From an uncultured delta proteobacterium (GTDB taxonomy: Bacteria > Desulfobacterota > Binatia > UBA9968), in the NCBI GenBank assembly GCA_963804165.1, contig CAWDPO010000036.1, positions 32,001 through 96,000 of the forward strand: a stretch of 64,000 nt of DNA, read 5' to 3'. Below, one piece after another: positions 40,834 through 51,293 of the stretch. The notes under the pieces are model-generated. The model made no database searches. It had not been told where the DNA came from and was given only the letters and a program-made list of their open reading frames with translations. Position 1 is the first letter of the stretch. Each line of letters opens with the position of its first letter. A program made the position numbers and the translations under genes.

Positions 40834-41685
40834 ATGGACGCGAATCCGCGCGCTAACTTGCGAGGCCTGCGAGTGGTCTCCTTCGAGAGTCGCCGCGCCA
40901 CAGAGATGGCCGAGCTCATCCGTCGTTACGGCGGCGAGCCGATCGTCGCGCCTTCCATGCGGGAAATCCCGATCGGCGAAAATCACGCGGCGCTCGAACT
41001 CTTGCCGCAACTTGAAGCCGGCAATTTCGACCTGCTTATCCTTATGACTGGCGTGGGCACGAGGACGCTCAACCAGGCGCTGCTCACCCAGTATCCTCAG
41101 GAGAGAATTGTTTCGGCACTACGTAAAACGCGGTTGGTCACGCGCGGCCCCAAACCGATTGCGGCGCTCAAGGAATTGGGATTGGCTGCGGATGTGACGG
41201 TGCCCGAGCCGAACACATGGCGCGAGGTGCTCGCCACTTTCGATACCGCGGTCGACCTTCGCGGCAAGCGCGTTGCGGTGCAGGAATACGGCATTCCCAA
41301 TCCGGAGCTTGTTTCTGGATTGGAACAACGCGGGGCTACCGTCAAAACGATTCCGATTTATAAGTGGGCTTTGCCCGTTGATATCGAGCCGCTTCGGGCG
41401 GCGATTCAACGGATCTTAAACGGCGAGGCGGATGTCGCGCTGTTTACCAACGGTGCCCAAGTTGACCATTTGTTCCGCGTTGCAGCGGAAGACAATGCCG
41501 ACGAAAAACTGCGCCATGCATTGGCAAACGTCGTGATCGCTTCGGTAGGCCCGGTGTGCACCCAAGCGCTCGAACAATACGGCGTTAAGCCCGATATCGA
41601 ACCGCCGCATCCGAAAATGGGATCGCTGATTTCCGCAGTTGCCGCGTCGGCGCAGCAAGTGCTGACGGCGAAGAGCTCGCTGTAG
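40834..41685 (+). CDS. hemD: Uroporphyrinogen-III synthase
   Basis: SFESRRA, MTGVG, RGPKP, QEYG, YKWALP, SVGPVC. Confidence 0.88.
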   Translation: MDANPRANLRGLRVVSFESRRATEMAELIRRYGGEPIVAPSMREIPIGENHAALELLPQLEAGNFDLLILMTGVGTRTLNQALLTQYPQERIVSALRKTRLVTRGPKPIAALKELGLAADVTVPEPNTWREVLATFDTAVDLRGKRVAVQEYGIPNPELVSGLEQRGATVKTIPIYKWALPVDIEPLRAAIQRILNGEADVALFTNGAQVDHLFRVAAEDNADEKLRHALANVVIASVGPVCTQALEQYGVKPDIEPPHPKMGSLISAVAASAQQVLTAKSSL

Positions 41686-41760
41686 TGTATTGAGCTTTTT
41701 TTTCGGTCATCCGAAATATTTTTTCTAGACTTTACCCCTTGCCCGCTTGCGGGAGAGACC

Positions 41761-41972
41761 CTTATCCTCACCTTCCCCAAAGAGGCTGTGTCGCAATGTC
41801 ATCCTGAGGCCCTTCGATGTTCTCAGGATAAACTCCGCCGAAGGATCTCGTCTTTGTATGGGGGAGGACAATGCAAGATTCGTCGCGGAGTTTACCCTGA
41901 GCCTTGCCGAAGGGCTCAGAATGACATCGAAGCGACTTTCGCGATTGCGACACAGTGTCAGAGGGAGAAGGA
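41761..41972. repeat. Nested composite repeat (purine/pyrimidine hairpin > MITE-like ends > REP palindrome)
   Basis: GAGGCTGTGTCGCAA 41782-96 and TTGCGACACAGTGTC 41945-59 enclose TGTCATCCTGAG...CTCAGAATGACA. Confidence 0.85.
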
Positions 41973-42091
41973 ATCAGGTTCCACGTCACCCGTTTTTTAG
42001 CCTCGCCACCTTCATTCACGCGCGATAAATCAGCTTGACTGCTAAATTGATTGGCAATATGTCTCAGTCAATTTATCTGAGACATGAGCGC

Positions 42092-43093
42092 ATGAGACGT
42101 CACTGCAGTCAAATCATCGCCGCAATTTTTGTCGCGGCAGCAGCGTTGCTGCCGGTTCAACTCCAGGCCGGACAACTGCGAAAAGTGCGCCTCGCCTTCA
42201 GCGCGCTTGCTTACGCCAACCCACCGTTCTGGATCGCCCATGAATTAAAACTGTTCGAGAAGTATGGCTATGATACGGAGTTGGTGTACGTGAGCGGTTC
42301 TCGGCCGATTCAAGCGATGCTTGGCGGTTCTGTCGATGTGTCCCAAGTCGGCGGTGCCGCGGCCGTCGCGGCGGCGGCGCAGGGCGCCGAGATTTCCATA
42401 CTGGGGACGGTATTCAGCAGATTGACCTTTGCGATTCACGCCGGCCCGCAAATCAAACAGATCGGTGATCTCAAAGGTAAGGTGATCGGTGCGGGCTCGG
42501 TCGGAGGAAACAGTTATTTTGCCGGCTTGGTCTTCATCCAAAAGGCGGGTTGGGTGGCAAACAAGGACGTGTCGATGGTCACGGCCGGCGGTTCACCGGA
42601 GGTTCTCGCTGGGTTGACCCAGGGGAAATTTCAAGCGGGTGTGCTCACGGCGCCTACTTCGACCATGGCGGCCAAGCTCGGCTATCGCGAGATTTTCGAT
42701 CTCGCCAGTCTCGATTTTCCGTTCCCGGTTATTTCCGTCGTCAGTACACGCCGGTATATCGATGCCAATCCGGAGGTCATCGCCAACATTTTACGGGCGA
42801 CAGTTGAGGCGATCTATTTGTACAAGAACCGCCCTGAGTTGACGATTCCGATCGTGGCGAAATATATGCGCGTTCCAAAGGACGATCCCGCGCTCGTGCA
42901 ATCCCAGCAAAACCTCGGGCAGCTGATGAACCAGAATTTGGCGCCGTCGCTCGAGGGCATCAAATTTGTTATGGACTTCCTCGCGGAAAGACAGCCGGGG
43001 CTCAAAGGAAAGAATCCGGCGGATTTCGTCGATTTCCGTTTCTTACGCAAGCTCGAGGAAGAAGGCTTTTTCAAAAAATTCTCCACTAAGTAG
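42092..43093 (+). CDS. ABC substrate-binding protein, SsuA/NMT1 family
   Basis: Signal peptide; PFWIAHELKLFEKYG, DLKGKVIG. Confidence 0.85.
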   Translation: MRRHCSQIIAAIFVAAAALLPVQLQAGQLRKVRLAFSALAYANPPFWIAHELKLFEKYGYDTELVYVSGSRPIQAMLGGSVDVSQVGGAAAVAAAAQGAEISILGTVFSRLTFAIHAGPQIKQIGDLKGKVIGAGSVGGNSYFAGLVFIQKAGWVANKDVSMVTAGGSPEVLAGLTQGKFQAGVLTAPTSTMAAKLGYREIFDLASLDFPFPVISVVSTRRYIDANPEVIANILRATVEAIYLYKNRPELTIPIVAKYMRVPKDDPALVQSQQNLGQLMNQNLAPSLEGIKFVMDFLAERQPGLKGKNPADFVDFRFLRKLEEEGFFKKFSTK

Positions 43094-43103
43094 GACAACT
43101 TTT

Positions 43104-44774
43104 ATGCGAGCTGCAGACGCGATTGTCGATATTCTGAAAACCGAGGATGTGAAGTTCGTTTCTACCTTGCCGGGCGACGATATCCTGCCGATCTTCGATG
43201 CGCTTCATGAAAACGGTCAGGTGCCGCTGATCCTGACGCGCCACGAGCAAGCGACGGTCTATATCGCCGACGGCTACGCGCGCAGCACCGGCGAGGTCGG
43301 TGTGGCGATGGTGACCAAAGGACCGGGACGATGCAATGCGTTTACCGCCATCGTGAATGCGTTTACCGACTGCGTGCCGTTGGTGGTCATTTTCGGTCAT
43401 AGCTCGCGCAAGCAGCTGGCGAAGGGGATGCTGCAGGAAGTTCCGTATCTGGACACGTTTCAGACCATGGCGAAGTGGACGTTTAGTGTGCCAAGCGCGG
43501 AGCGAATCCCTGAAGTATTTCGCCGCGCGTTTACGCTCGCCAGATCGGGACGTCCCGGCCCGGTGCTCATCGAAGTGCCGCAGGATATCAGCATGGCGCA
43601 GGCGGAGATCCCGCCGTATCACAAGACGCGGCGCGTGCGTTACGGTCCCGATCCCGACGACGTCAATAAGCTGATCGAATTGATGCAGCAGGCGAAGCGG
43701 CCGTTGATCTACGTCGGACGCGGGGCGCTTTGGTCGCGGGCGACCGACGACCTCGTGAAATTGGCGGAAACCTACGCGCTCCCCGTGATGGCGACGCTGC
43801 CCGCGAAAGGCGCGATGCCGGAAGATCATCCGTTGTGCCTCGGTCTCGGTGGTTATCCGCGCGCGGTCTACAGCACAGGTCAGTCGCGTAAATTCGCCGA
43901 GGAGGCTGATCTCGTCATCGCGCTGGGCTGCGCCTTTCGCCAGCACGCGACTTCCAGCTGGTTGCCCAAGCCCGCGCATGCGAAATTGGTCCAAGTCGAC
44001 ATCGATCCCGCCGAGCTGCACAAAAACTATCCGGCGGATCTTGTGATTCTTTCCGACATTCAGCTTTTTTTGCGGGCGTTGCTCCAGCAGGGGAAAGAAA
44101 AGCTTGGCGCCTTTCGTCGGGGCATGGCTTCAGACGTCTCGGACGAGATCAAAGAACTGAAGCGAAAATGGCTGGAGTCGTGGAATTCGCGACTCACGTC
44201 CGACGAGGCGCCGATGAATCCCTACCGCGCCTGTTGGGATATCACGCATCAGCTCGATAGTAGGAATACGATCCTGCTACACGATGCCGGCGTAACTCGC
44301 GCTTATGTGTCGCATCATTACGAGGCGTTGAACCCGCTCGGCTTCATCGGCTTCGGTGGCACCAGCGCCATGGGTTGGTCGACGCCGGCGGCGATGGGAG
44401 CGAAACTTGGGAATCCCGACAAGACAGTGGTGAATTTCACCGGCGACGGCTCCTTCGGCATGACCGGCATGGAGATCGAAACCGCCGCGCGCAACGACAT
44501 TCGCACGCTCACGGTAATTTTAAACAACGAAAGCCTCGGCGCCAGCCGCGAAACGCTGCACGAGCGCTTCAAAGGACACGAGATCGGCATCTCGCTGCGG
44601 GGGGATTACGCCGGAGTCGCGCGGGCGCTCGGCGCTTTCGGCGAGCGTGTCTCGAGACCGGCGGATTTGAAACCGGCGTTAGCTCGCGCCTTAGCGCACG
44701 AGGGGCCGTCAGTGTTGGAGATCGCCGTGAAGCCGCTGGAGCCGAGGCCGTGGAGGTCGGCGAGCGGAGTGTAG
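43104..44774 (+). CDS. Thiamine-pyrophosphate-dependent enzyme (acetolactate synthase-like)
   Basis: RHEQ..ADGYAR, GRPGPV, GDGSFGM..LNN. Confidence 0.9.
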   Translation: MRAADAIVDILKTEDVKFVSTLPGDDILPIFDALHENGQVPLILTRHEQATVYIADGYARSTGEVGVAMVTKGPGRCNAFTAIVNAFTDCVPLVVIFGHSSRKQLAKGMLQEVPYLDTFQTMAKWTFSVPSAERIPEVFRRAFTLARSGRPGPVLIEVPQDISMAQAEIPPYHKTRRVRYGPDPDDVNKLIELMQQAKRPLIYVGRGALWSRATDDLVKLAETYALPVMATLPAKGAMPEDHPLCLGLGGYPRAVYSTGQSRKFAEEADLVIALGCAFRQHATSSWLPKPAHAKLVQVDIDPAELHKNYPADLVILSDIQLFLRALLQQGKEKLGAFRRGMASDVSDEIKELKRKWLESWNSRLTSDEAPMNPYRACWDITHQLDSRNTILLHDAGVTRAYVSHHYEALNPLGFIGFGGTSAMGWSTPAAMGAKLGNPDKTVVNFTGDGSFGMTGMEIETAARNDIRTLTVILNNESLGASRETLHERFKGHEIGISLRGDYAGVARALGAFGERVSRPADLKPALARALAHEGPSVLEIAVKPLEPRPWRSASGV

Positions 44775-44779
44775 AAGAT

Positions 44780-44858
44780 TGGAGTAATGGAGTGATGGAA
44801 TAATGGAATGATGGGTCTTAGGCCCAATACTCCAACACTCCAGTACTCCATCACTCCA
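44780..44858. repeat. Octamer-repeat palindrome (TGGAGTRA)4/(NYACTCCA)4
   Basis: TGGAGTAA TGGAGTGA TGGAATAA TGGAATGA ... ATACTCCA ACACTCCA GTACTCCA TCACTCCA. Confidence 0.85.
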
Positions 44859-44888
44859 ACTCAAAATTTTAGCGGGAGGTTTGTTGCC

Positions 44889-46130
44889 ATGCTTTACAAC
44901 AAAGAAAGACTAATTGCTTTAATGGACAAGTTCGATCTCGCAGGAGTCGTCGCGGCGACGCCGGAGAATATTTATTATCTCAGCGGCCACGCTTCGTGGA
45001 GCCAGAACGGCTATCGCTACGGCGGCTCGCAGGTCTATGTCGTCTATCCGCGCGATCCGAAGCAGAAGCCGGCTTTGCTGATTCCCGGCGGCGATGTCGG
45101 CTATGCGTCGCTCGATGCCGTCTGGGTTGAAGAGAAGTACATTTACGGCCGGCCGCGAAATCCACACATTGCCGACATGTCGAGACTTTCCACTGTCGAG
45201 CAGCGAACCGTGAAGCTTGCTGGGAGCGATTCCAAAGGCCTGACGCCAGAGAAAGCGCTGGCCCAGCTCATCGAAGAAAAGGGCATGGCCAATGGCCGCA
45301 TCGGCATGGACCATTTCGCCATTCCGATTACGATTTACGAGAGGATTAGAGCGGGGCTGCCGCGCGCGACTTTGTTGCCAGCTTCGATGTTTTTTCGCTA
45401 CGTGCGCATGATCAAGACTCTGGAAGAGATTCAGCGCCTTCGAGAATCAGCCGAGATGAACGAACAGGCGATCAATACGATGCTGCGGGCATGCAGACCC
45501 AGAGTGACAGAAAACGAGTTGGCGAGCATCTATAAAGGCGAAATCGCCAAGGCCGGGGGGCAAGTGTATTGGATGCATATGGCGGTGACGCGCGGCGGCA
45601 ATTTCCCCGCGATCAAGGACAACGTCTTGCAAAAGGGCGATATCTTCCGCGTCGACATGGGCTGTTCGATCAACGGCTATCACGCCGACGTGTGCAAATC
45701 CGGTTGCGTCGGCGCCGAGCCGACGGCGGAGCACCGCAAACGTTACGACGCGATCCAGGCTGGTGTGTTGAAGTCAGTTGATGCGCTCAAGCCCGGCGTG
45801 AGGCCGCAAGAGCTTTACGAAACCATGATCGCCGGGGTGCGCGCCAACGGCTTGCCCAATTATTCGAATTTCTTCCTCGGTCACACGATTGGTCTCGAGG
45901 CGCGTGAGTTTCCCTTTTTGATCGGCCCGGCGGAAGAAGTCGACGATCCGTTTCTGCCGAACACTACAAACATTCCGATGGAGCCTGGCATGACGGTGAA
46001 TCTGGAAGCGTCGAATCATGAAGCCGGTTGGGGAACCGTGCAAGTCGAGTATACTTGCACGGTGACGGAGAAAGGTCATGAGCATTTGATCAAACCGGAA
46101 CAGCAGTTGTTCACGTTGCCGTTGCAGTAG
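44889..46130 (+). CDS. M24 family (Xaa-Pro peptidase-like) protein
   Basis: VDMG..GYHAD, GHTIGL, VNLE; GGAGG RBS. Confidence 0.85.
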   Translation: MLYNKERLIALMDKFDLAGVVAATPENIYYLSGHASWSQNGYRYGGSQVYVVYPRDPKQKPALLIPGGDVGYASLDAVWVEEKYIYGRPRNPHIADMSRLSTVEQRTVKLAGSDSKGLTPEKALAQLIEEKGMANGRIGMDHFAIPITIYERIRAGLPRATLLPASMFFRYVRMIKTLEEIQRLRESAEMNEQAINTMLRACRPRVTENELASIYKGEIAKAGGQVYWMHMAVTRGGNFPAIKDNVLQKGDIFRVDMGCSINGYHADVCKSGCVGAEPTAEHRKRYDAIQAGVLKSVDALKPGVRPQELYETMIAGVRANGLPNYSNFFLGHTIGLEAREFPFLIGPAEEVDDPFLPNTTNIPMEPGMTVNLEASNHEAGWGTVQVEYTCTVTEKGHEHLIKPEQQLFTLPLQ

Positions 46131-46163
46131 TCGAGGTGCGCGAATAGTAATTTAAAAAATATT

Positions 46164-46194
46164 GTAGGATGGGTTGAGCCAAGCGATACCCGTC
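46164..46194 (+). repeat. GTAG REP, left flank of RAYT
   Basis: GTAGGATGGGTTGAGCCAAGCGATACCCGTC. Confidence 0.9.
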
Positions 46195-46232
46195 GTTTGT
46201 TCTTTGTATAGCAATCGGTTTACCGTGCGCTG

Positions 46233-46775
46233 GTGCCTAACTATCGGCGTAACCTTGTCGAGGGCGGATCTTTTTTCTTTACTGTTAACCTGGCGGACCG
46301 ACATTCCCGTTTTCTTGTAGAGAGGATCGAACCTCTGCGGCAGGCATTCCGCCATACGCAGAGCCGCCATCCCTTTACGATCGACGCGCTCGTGGTGTTA
46401 CCCGATCATCTGCACGCTATCTGGACTTTGCCACCCGGTGACGCGGATTATGCGACACGATGGAGATTGATTAAAACCGGTTTTTCTAGAGGTGTTGAGC
46501 GCCTCGAAGAACGCTCCGAAAGCCGCCGTCTCAAACGTGAACGTGGGATCTGGCAGCGCAGATACTGGGAACACACGCTTCGAGACGAAGAGGATGTTGG
46601 GCGGCATTGTGATTACATTCATTATAATCCGGTAAAGCATGGACATGTAAAGTCGGCCATCGATTGGCCGTATTCCTCGTTCCAGCGGTTCGTTAGGCGC
46701 GGGTTGTATAGCGCCGATTGGGGCGGTGTGATCGGTCTTGAAGAGACCGCCTTTGGAGAGAGAGCAGGGCGATAA
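46233..46775 (+). CDS. rayT: REP-associated tyrosine transposase (RAYT, HUH/Y1)
   Basis: PNYRR..GGSFFFTV, LPDHLH, WQRRYWEH, YIHYNPVKHG, WPYSS; flanked by inverted REPs. Confidence 0.93.
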   Translation: MPNYRRNLVEGGSFFFTVNLADRHSRFLVERIEPLRQAFRHTQSRHPFTIDALVVLPDHLHAIWTLPPGDADYATRWRLIKTGFSRGVERLEERSESRRLKRERGIWQRRYWEHTLRDEEDVGRHCDYIHYNPVKHGHVKSAIDWPYSSFQRFVRRGLYSADWGGVIGLEETAFGERAGR

Positions 46776-46782
46776 GAAATGA

Positions 46783-46813
46783 GATGGGTATCGCTTCGCT
46801 CAACCCATCCTAC
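46783..46813 (-). repeat. GTAG REP, right flank of RAYT (inverted)
   Basis: Reverse complement GTAGGATGGGTTGAGCGAAGCGATACCCATC, 2 differences from the left copy. Confidence 0.9.
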
Positions 46814-46887
46814 AACTTGTTCACGAGAGTCCGAACTTTGATATTTCTTCTTTCGTTTCACGAAATAGTCCTCTGGAGGGAAGACAA

Positions 46888-48384
46888 ATGAATCTGCGTA
46901 AAGCTTTAGTTGTTTCAGTTATTGGTTCAGTCCTTCTTGTCGCTCACGTCTCCGCTCAGGAACGACGCGACGAGTTTTACTACCTGGGAGAGCTTAACAA
47001 GGCGTCGTCGGTGATGGTGGTGGAGCAGGGCATCGTGCCGAAAACGCTTGGCAAGGTGATTGCGGAATCGGTTGCTCATGTGATCGCCGACGGGGAGAAG
47101 ACAGGCGCGAAGCGACCGGGCGATTACCTTGAGTTGGAAAAATTGCTGATCGCGGCGGGCGGGGCGGACGTAACGCGAATGCATTCCGGGCGCAGCCGGC
47201 AGGACATCGGTGCGACGCGAAACCGTTTGTTCCAGCGCGCGCAAGTTTTAACCACGTTCGCGGCGCTCAACAACGCGCGCGCGACGCTGCTCGATTTTGC
47301 GGCGAAGTATCCCGATGCGATCGTGCCGGCGTACACCGTCGGCGTGCAGGCGCAGCCCATTTCCTTTGGTCATTACATTCTCGCCTACGTGGAGGCGCTG
47401 GAGCGCAACGCCGAGCGCCTGCGTCGCGCCTACGCTAACGTCAATAAGTCACCGCTTGGCTCCGCGGCGTTGGGGACTTCGAGTTTCCCAGTCAATCGCG
47501 CCCGGCTGGCCGAATTGCTGGGTTTTGACGGGATCGTAGAAAATTCCCTCGATGCGAATCAGATTTCGCCCATCGACACCGGCGTCGAGCTCGTGAGCGT
47601 AGCGAGCGCGGCGGCGCTGACGGTCGGAACCTTCATTTCCGATCTTGAAGCGCAATATCGCATGACTACGCCTTGGCTGACACTCGAAGAAGGCGAGCTG
47701 ACCGGCACTAGCAGCATCATGCCGCAAAAGCGCAATCCCAACGCGCTGCATAACATCCGCGTGGCGGCGAGCGAGGTTTTGGGGATCAGCACAACTTATC
47801 TTTTCAAAGCGCATAACGTGCCGCACGGACTCGGTGACTATAAAGGCAGGGAGCCGGTGGAAGGGCTCGATCGGATGGCGCGCATGTTGAACAATCTCAC
47901 GGTGGTGGCGAAGCAGCTCAATTTCAACGCCAAGCGCGCGCTGGATGAGGTCAATGCCGACTATTCGACGACGACCGAACTTGCGGACGTATTGCAGCGT
48001 GACGCCGACGTGCCATTTCGCGTCGGCCATCACTTTGCGTCGGAACTGGTCAATTTCGGGCGCGGGAATAATCTCCGGCCGGTCGATATTCCTTACGATC
48101 AGGCGAAACGAATTTACATCGACGCGGCGAAATCTTTCAAAATGACCAACGCGCAGTTGCCGCTGAGCGAGGCGCAGTTTCGAAAATCGCTGACGGCCGA
48201 AAATATGGTTCAATCGGCGCGCGTGGTCGGCGGCCCGCAGCCGGCGGAAGTCGCGCGCATGCTCACGGCCCAGCGAGCAGGTTTGAAAAACGACCGGGAA
48301 TGGTTGGATAGCACGCACAAAAAGTTGGACGGCGCGTCCAAGCAACTGGATGCGGCATTTGCACAATTGCAGTCTGTTCCGTGA
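46888..48384 (+). CDS. Argininosuccinate-lyase-like C-N lyase with signal peptide
   Basis: HSGRSRQD, SPLGSAAL, SSIMPQKRNP; N-terminal signal peptide. Confidence 0.85.
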   Translation: MNLRKALVVSVIGSVLLVAHVSAQERRDEFYYLGELNKASSVMVVEQGIVPKTLGKVIAESVAHVIADGEKTGAKRPGDYLELEKLLIAAGGADVTRMHSGRSRQDIGATRNRLFQRAQVLTTFAALNNARATLLDFAAKYPDAIVPAYTVGVQAQPISFGHYILAYVEALERNAERLRRAYANVNKSPLGSAALGTSSFPVNRARLAELLGFDGIVENSLDANQISPIDTGVELVSVASAAALTVGTFISDLEAQYRMTTPWLTLEEGELTGTSSIMPQKRNPNALHNIRVAASEVLGISTTYLFKAHNVPHGLGDYKGREPVEGLDRMARMLNNLTVVAKQLNFNAKRALDEVNADYSTTTELADVLQRDADVPFRVGHHFASELVNFGRGNNLRPVDIPYDQAKRIYIDAAKSFKMTNAQLPLSEAQFRKSLTAENMVQSARVVGGPQPAEVARMLTAQRAGLKNDREWLDSTHKKLDGASKQLDAAFAQLQSVP

Positions 48385-49385
48385 TGACATGGCGAGTGAC
48401 CGCAACAATGAGTCTTGCGAAGCCTTCGTTACGTCGTTTGGTCAAACTTCTTTCTGCCGTGCTGCTCGGCGCTGTGATCGGTGTGAACGGAGCCGCTTTC
48501 ATGCAGGTTTGGGCGATGACACATTTTGCCGAGCGCGGCGAGCGCACGGCGCGCCCGGAACGCTTGAGTGTTTTCGATAAAGTCACCGTCTTTTTCTCAG
48601 GCGTGAATATTCCGCGGCCACAGAACAGGCGCACACCGGCTGATCTAGGTCTTGCGTACGAGATGCATCGCTTCGCGAGTTCAAACGCCTCACCGTTGGA
48701 GGCGTGGTATATACCTGGAATGGACGCGCTGCCGCTGATTGCACTTTTTCATGGTTACGCTGCAAGCAAGTCTTCGTTATTGTCGGCGGCGCAAGTTTTT
48801 CACGAGCTGGGTTCCGCTACACTATTGGTGGATTTTTATGGTTCCGGGGGATCTTCAGGTACCGGAACGACCATCGGCCTGAAAGAAGCGGGCGATGTCG
48901 TAGCGACCGTGGATTACATCCGGCGGACGTGGCCGAACCGCAAAGTGGTTCTCTACGGGATTTCCATGGGCGGGGCAGCCGTGCTCCGCGCTATTGGGAC
49001 GGAAAAGATCAATCCCGATGCCGTCATTGTTGAGGCGACGTTCGATAGCCTGCTGAATGCCGGCAAAAGTCGCTTCCGTGCAATGGGTCTTCCGGGGTCG
49101 CCGTTCGCTGAGCTGCTGATTTTTTGGGGAAGTGTGCAGACCGGTTCCAACTTGTTTTTGTACAATCCCGTCGACTACGCGCGCTCGGTGAATTGCCCGA
49201 CGCTGATCTTGCACGGCGAGAAGGATGAACGCGCGACGCTGGAGCAAGCCCGCGCGATTGCGGCGGCGATGGGGCAGAATGCACGATTCGTTTCCTTCGC
49301 CGGCGTGTCGCATAGGGCTATCGTCGAAGCTACACCTGTGGAGTGGACGCGCGAGGTGCGGGATTTTTTGCATGGCGCTCTCTAG
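48381..49385 (+). CDS. Membrane-anchored alpha/beta hydrolase
   Basis: FHGY, GISMGG, HGEKD. Confidence 0.85.
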   Translation: MMTWRVTATMSLAKPSLRRLVKLLSAVLLGAVIGVNGAAFMQVWAMTHFAERGERTARPERLSVFDKVTVFFSGVNIPRPQNRRTPADLGLAYEMHRFASSNASPLEAWYIPGMDALPLIALFHGYAASKSSLLSAAQVFHELGSATLLVDFYGSGGSSGTGTTIGLKEAGDVVATVDYIRRTWPNRKVVLYGISMGGAAVLRAIGTEKINPDAVIVEATFDSLLNAGKSRFRAMGLPGSPFAELLIFWGSVQTGSNLFLYNPVDYARSVNCPTLILHGEKDERATLEQARAIAAAMGQNARFVSFAGVSHRAIVEATPVEWTREVRDFLHGAL

Positions 49386-49523
49386 TAACGAGTTCGCGTT
49401 CATTGCCCTCGACTATCCGACGAGTTCTACACTTTTATCTCAGCAACTGGGACTTCTCCGCAGCGAACGCGTCAAAAATTTCTCCGGTATCAGTTTGCCG
49501 CGCGGCGCATTCGGCGCTAATAA

Positions 49524-49714
<191 letters not shown>

Positions 49715-49741
49715 GTCCGGAAAAAAAAAAACAAACGCACC

Positions 49742-51156
49742 GTGGATTCACGCGTCAACTATTTGCTGCTCGCGACCGCGCTTCTCGGAACATTTTTCTC
49801 GGGCACCGCGACGCGGATCGTCGCCATCTCGATGCCGACGGTAGCGCAGAGTCTGGGCACGGACCTGCTCGGCATCTCTTGGGCATTACTTTCGTATCAA
49901 TTATCGAACATAGGGCTCTCGGTCATCTTTGGCCGCATCTCCGATATGTGGGGCCGGGAAAAGATGTTCGCCTTGGGATTTCTCGTTTTTGCGGTTAGCT
50001 CCTTACTGTGCGGATTCTCGCAGACGCTGCTGCAGCTGATTATCGCGCGTTTTGTGCAAGGCGTCGGCGGCGCGATGCTCCAATCGTCGAGCCGCGCGCT
50101 GGCGTCAGAGTCGGTGACCGAAGACCTTGCCGGTCGGGCCCAAGGCTATATGACGACCGCGCACCATACAGGTTTTATTCTCGGGCCGAGCATCGGCGGG
50201 GTCTGATGATCGACTATTTCAGCTGGCGGTGGAGTTTTTTCCTGCTCGCGCCCATCGGCTTCGGCGGAATGTTGCTGGCGTTGATGAACATGAAGCGGCG
50301 CCGCTCCGTCCGTCGCCTTACTCGGGCTCGATCGACTACTCGGCGCGGCGTTGCTCTTCGCCGTCACGACGACGCTGGTGTTTATCTTGGATCGCCGCAC
50401 CCACCAGATGATCGGCGACGCGACCAAGAGTGTCCTGCTGGCGGTTTTTTTCGCGAGCTTGGTGGGCTTTCTTGCGCATGAATCCCGCGCGAAAACGCCC
50501 TTCGTGAATTTGGAACTATTCAAGATCCGCCGCTTCAGCTTCAGTGTCGCCAGTCTGCTGGTCGTTTCGATCTGTTATTCACTCACCGGCTTTCTGATGC
50601 CGTTTTACCTGCAGGACGTGTTGCGGCTTACGCCGACACAGGTCGGCATACTGTTCATGGCGCCTCGATCCTGACAGTTGCTCTCGCGCCACTGAGCGGC
50701 TATATGACCGACCGGCTCGGGCCGCGCATTCCGGCGACCGGCGGCGTGGTCTTTATGATGATTTCCCTCGCTGCCGGCGGTATGTTACGGCCGGATTCCC
50801 ACTGGTTATTGCCAGGGGCGCTGATCGTCGTCGGCGCAATTACCAACGGGATATTTAATCCTGCCAACTCGACCGCCATGATCAGCATGATGCCGAAGGA
50901 GCACCGCGGCTTCGCCTCCGCAATGAATCACGTGACCTTCGGGTTTGGAAACGTGTTCGGCGTGGCGCTGGGCGGCTTGTCAATGTCGCTGGCGTTCGAA
51001 TTTATACCGGGCGTCGAGGCGATAAATCTGACGGCTGAAAATCCGGCGGGCTTCGTTGCCGCGCTCAACACCACTTTTATGGCGGCGATTGTTTTCTGCA
51101 TTGTTGGGATTTTTACGTCGGCGCTTCGAGGCGAAGGCCGCCTGGAGAATCGTTGA
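49742..51156 (+). CDS. MFS transporter (EmrB/QacA-like), frameshifted
   Basis: GRISDMWGR, ARFVQGVGG, LGPSIGG, later TDRLGPR, in several frames. Confidence 0.8.
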
Positions 51157-51293
51157 ATGCGAGTGTTCGATTCGCGATTCAATTCGCACCGAACGGCCGG
51201 CGGACTTCTTTAATTTCGGCGTTAGGTAGATTTCATCCGCGGAAGGGTCGGTACATTTCTGAAATGCGTAAAAAACTATGATGCAAAATTCCC

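Noticed and set aside
44780-44858. Tandem repeats as a CRISPR array
   Set aside because: Units are 6-9 bp with no unique spacers and no cas genes
46793-46806. RAYT REP as a second target of the IS guide (contains TTCGCTCA)
   Set aside because: The right flank is ACCC, not GCAT, so only one guide would pair
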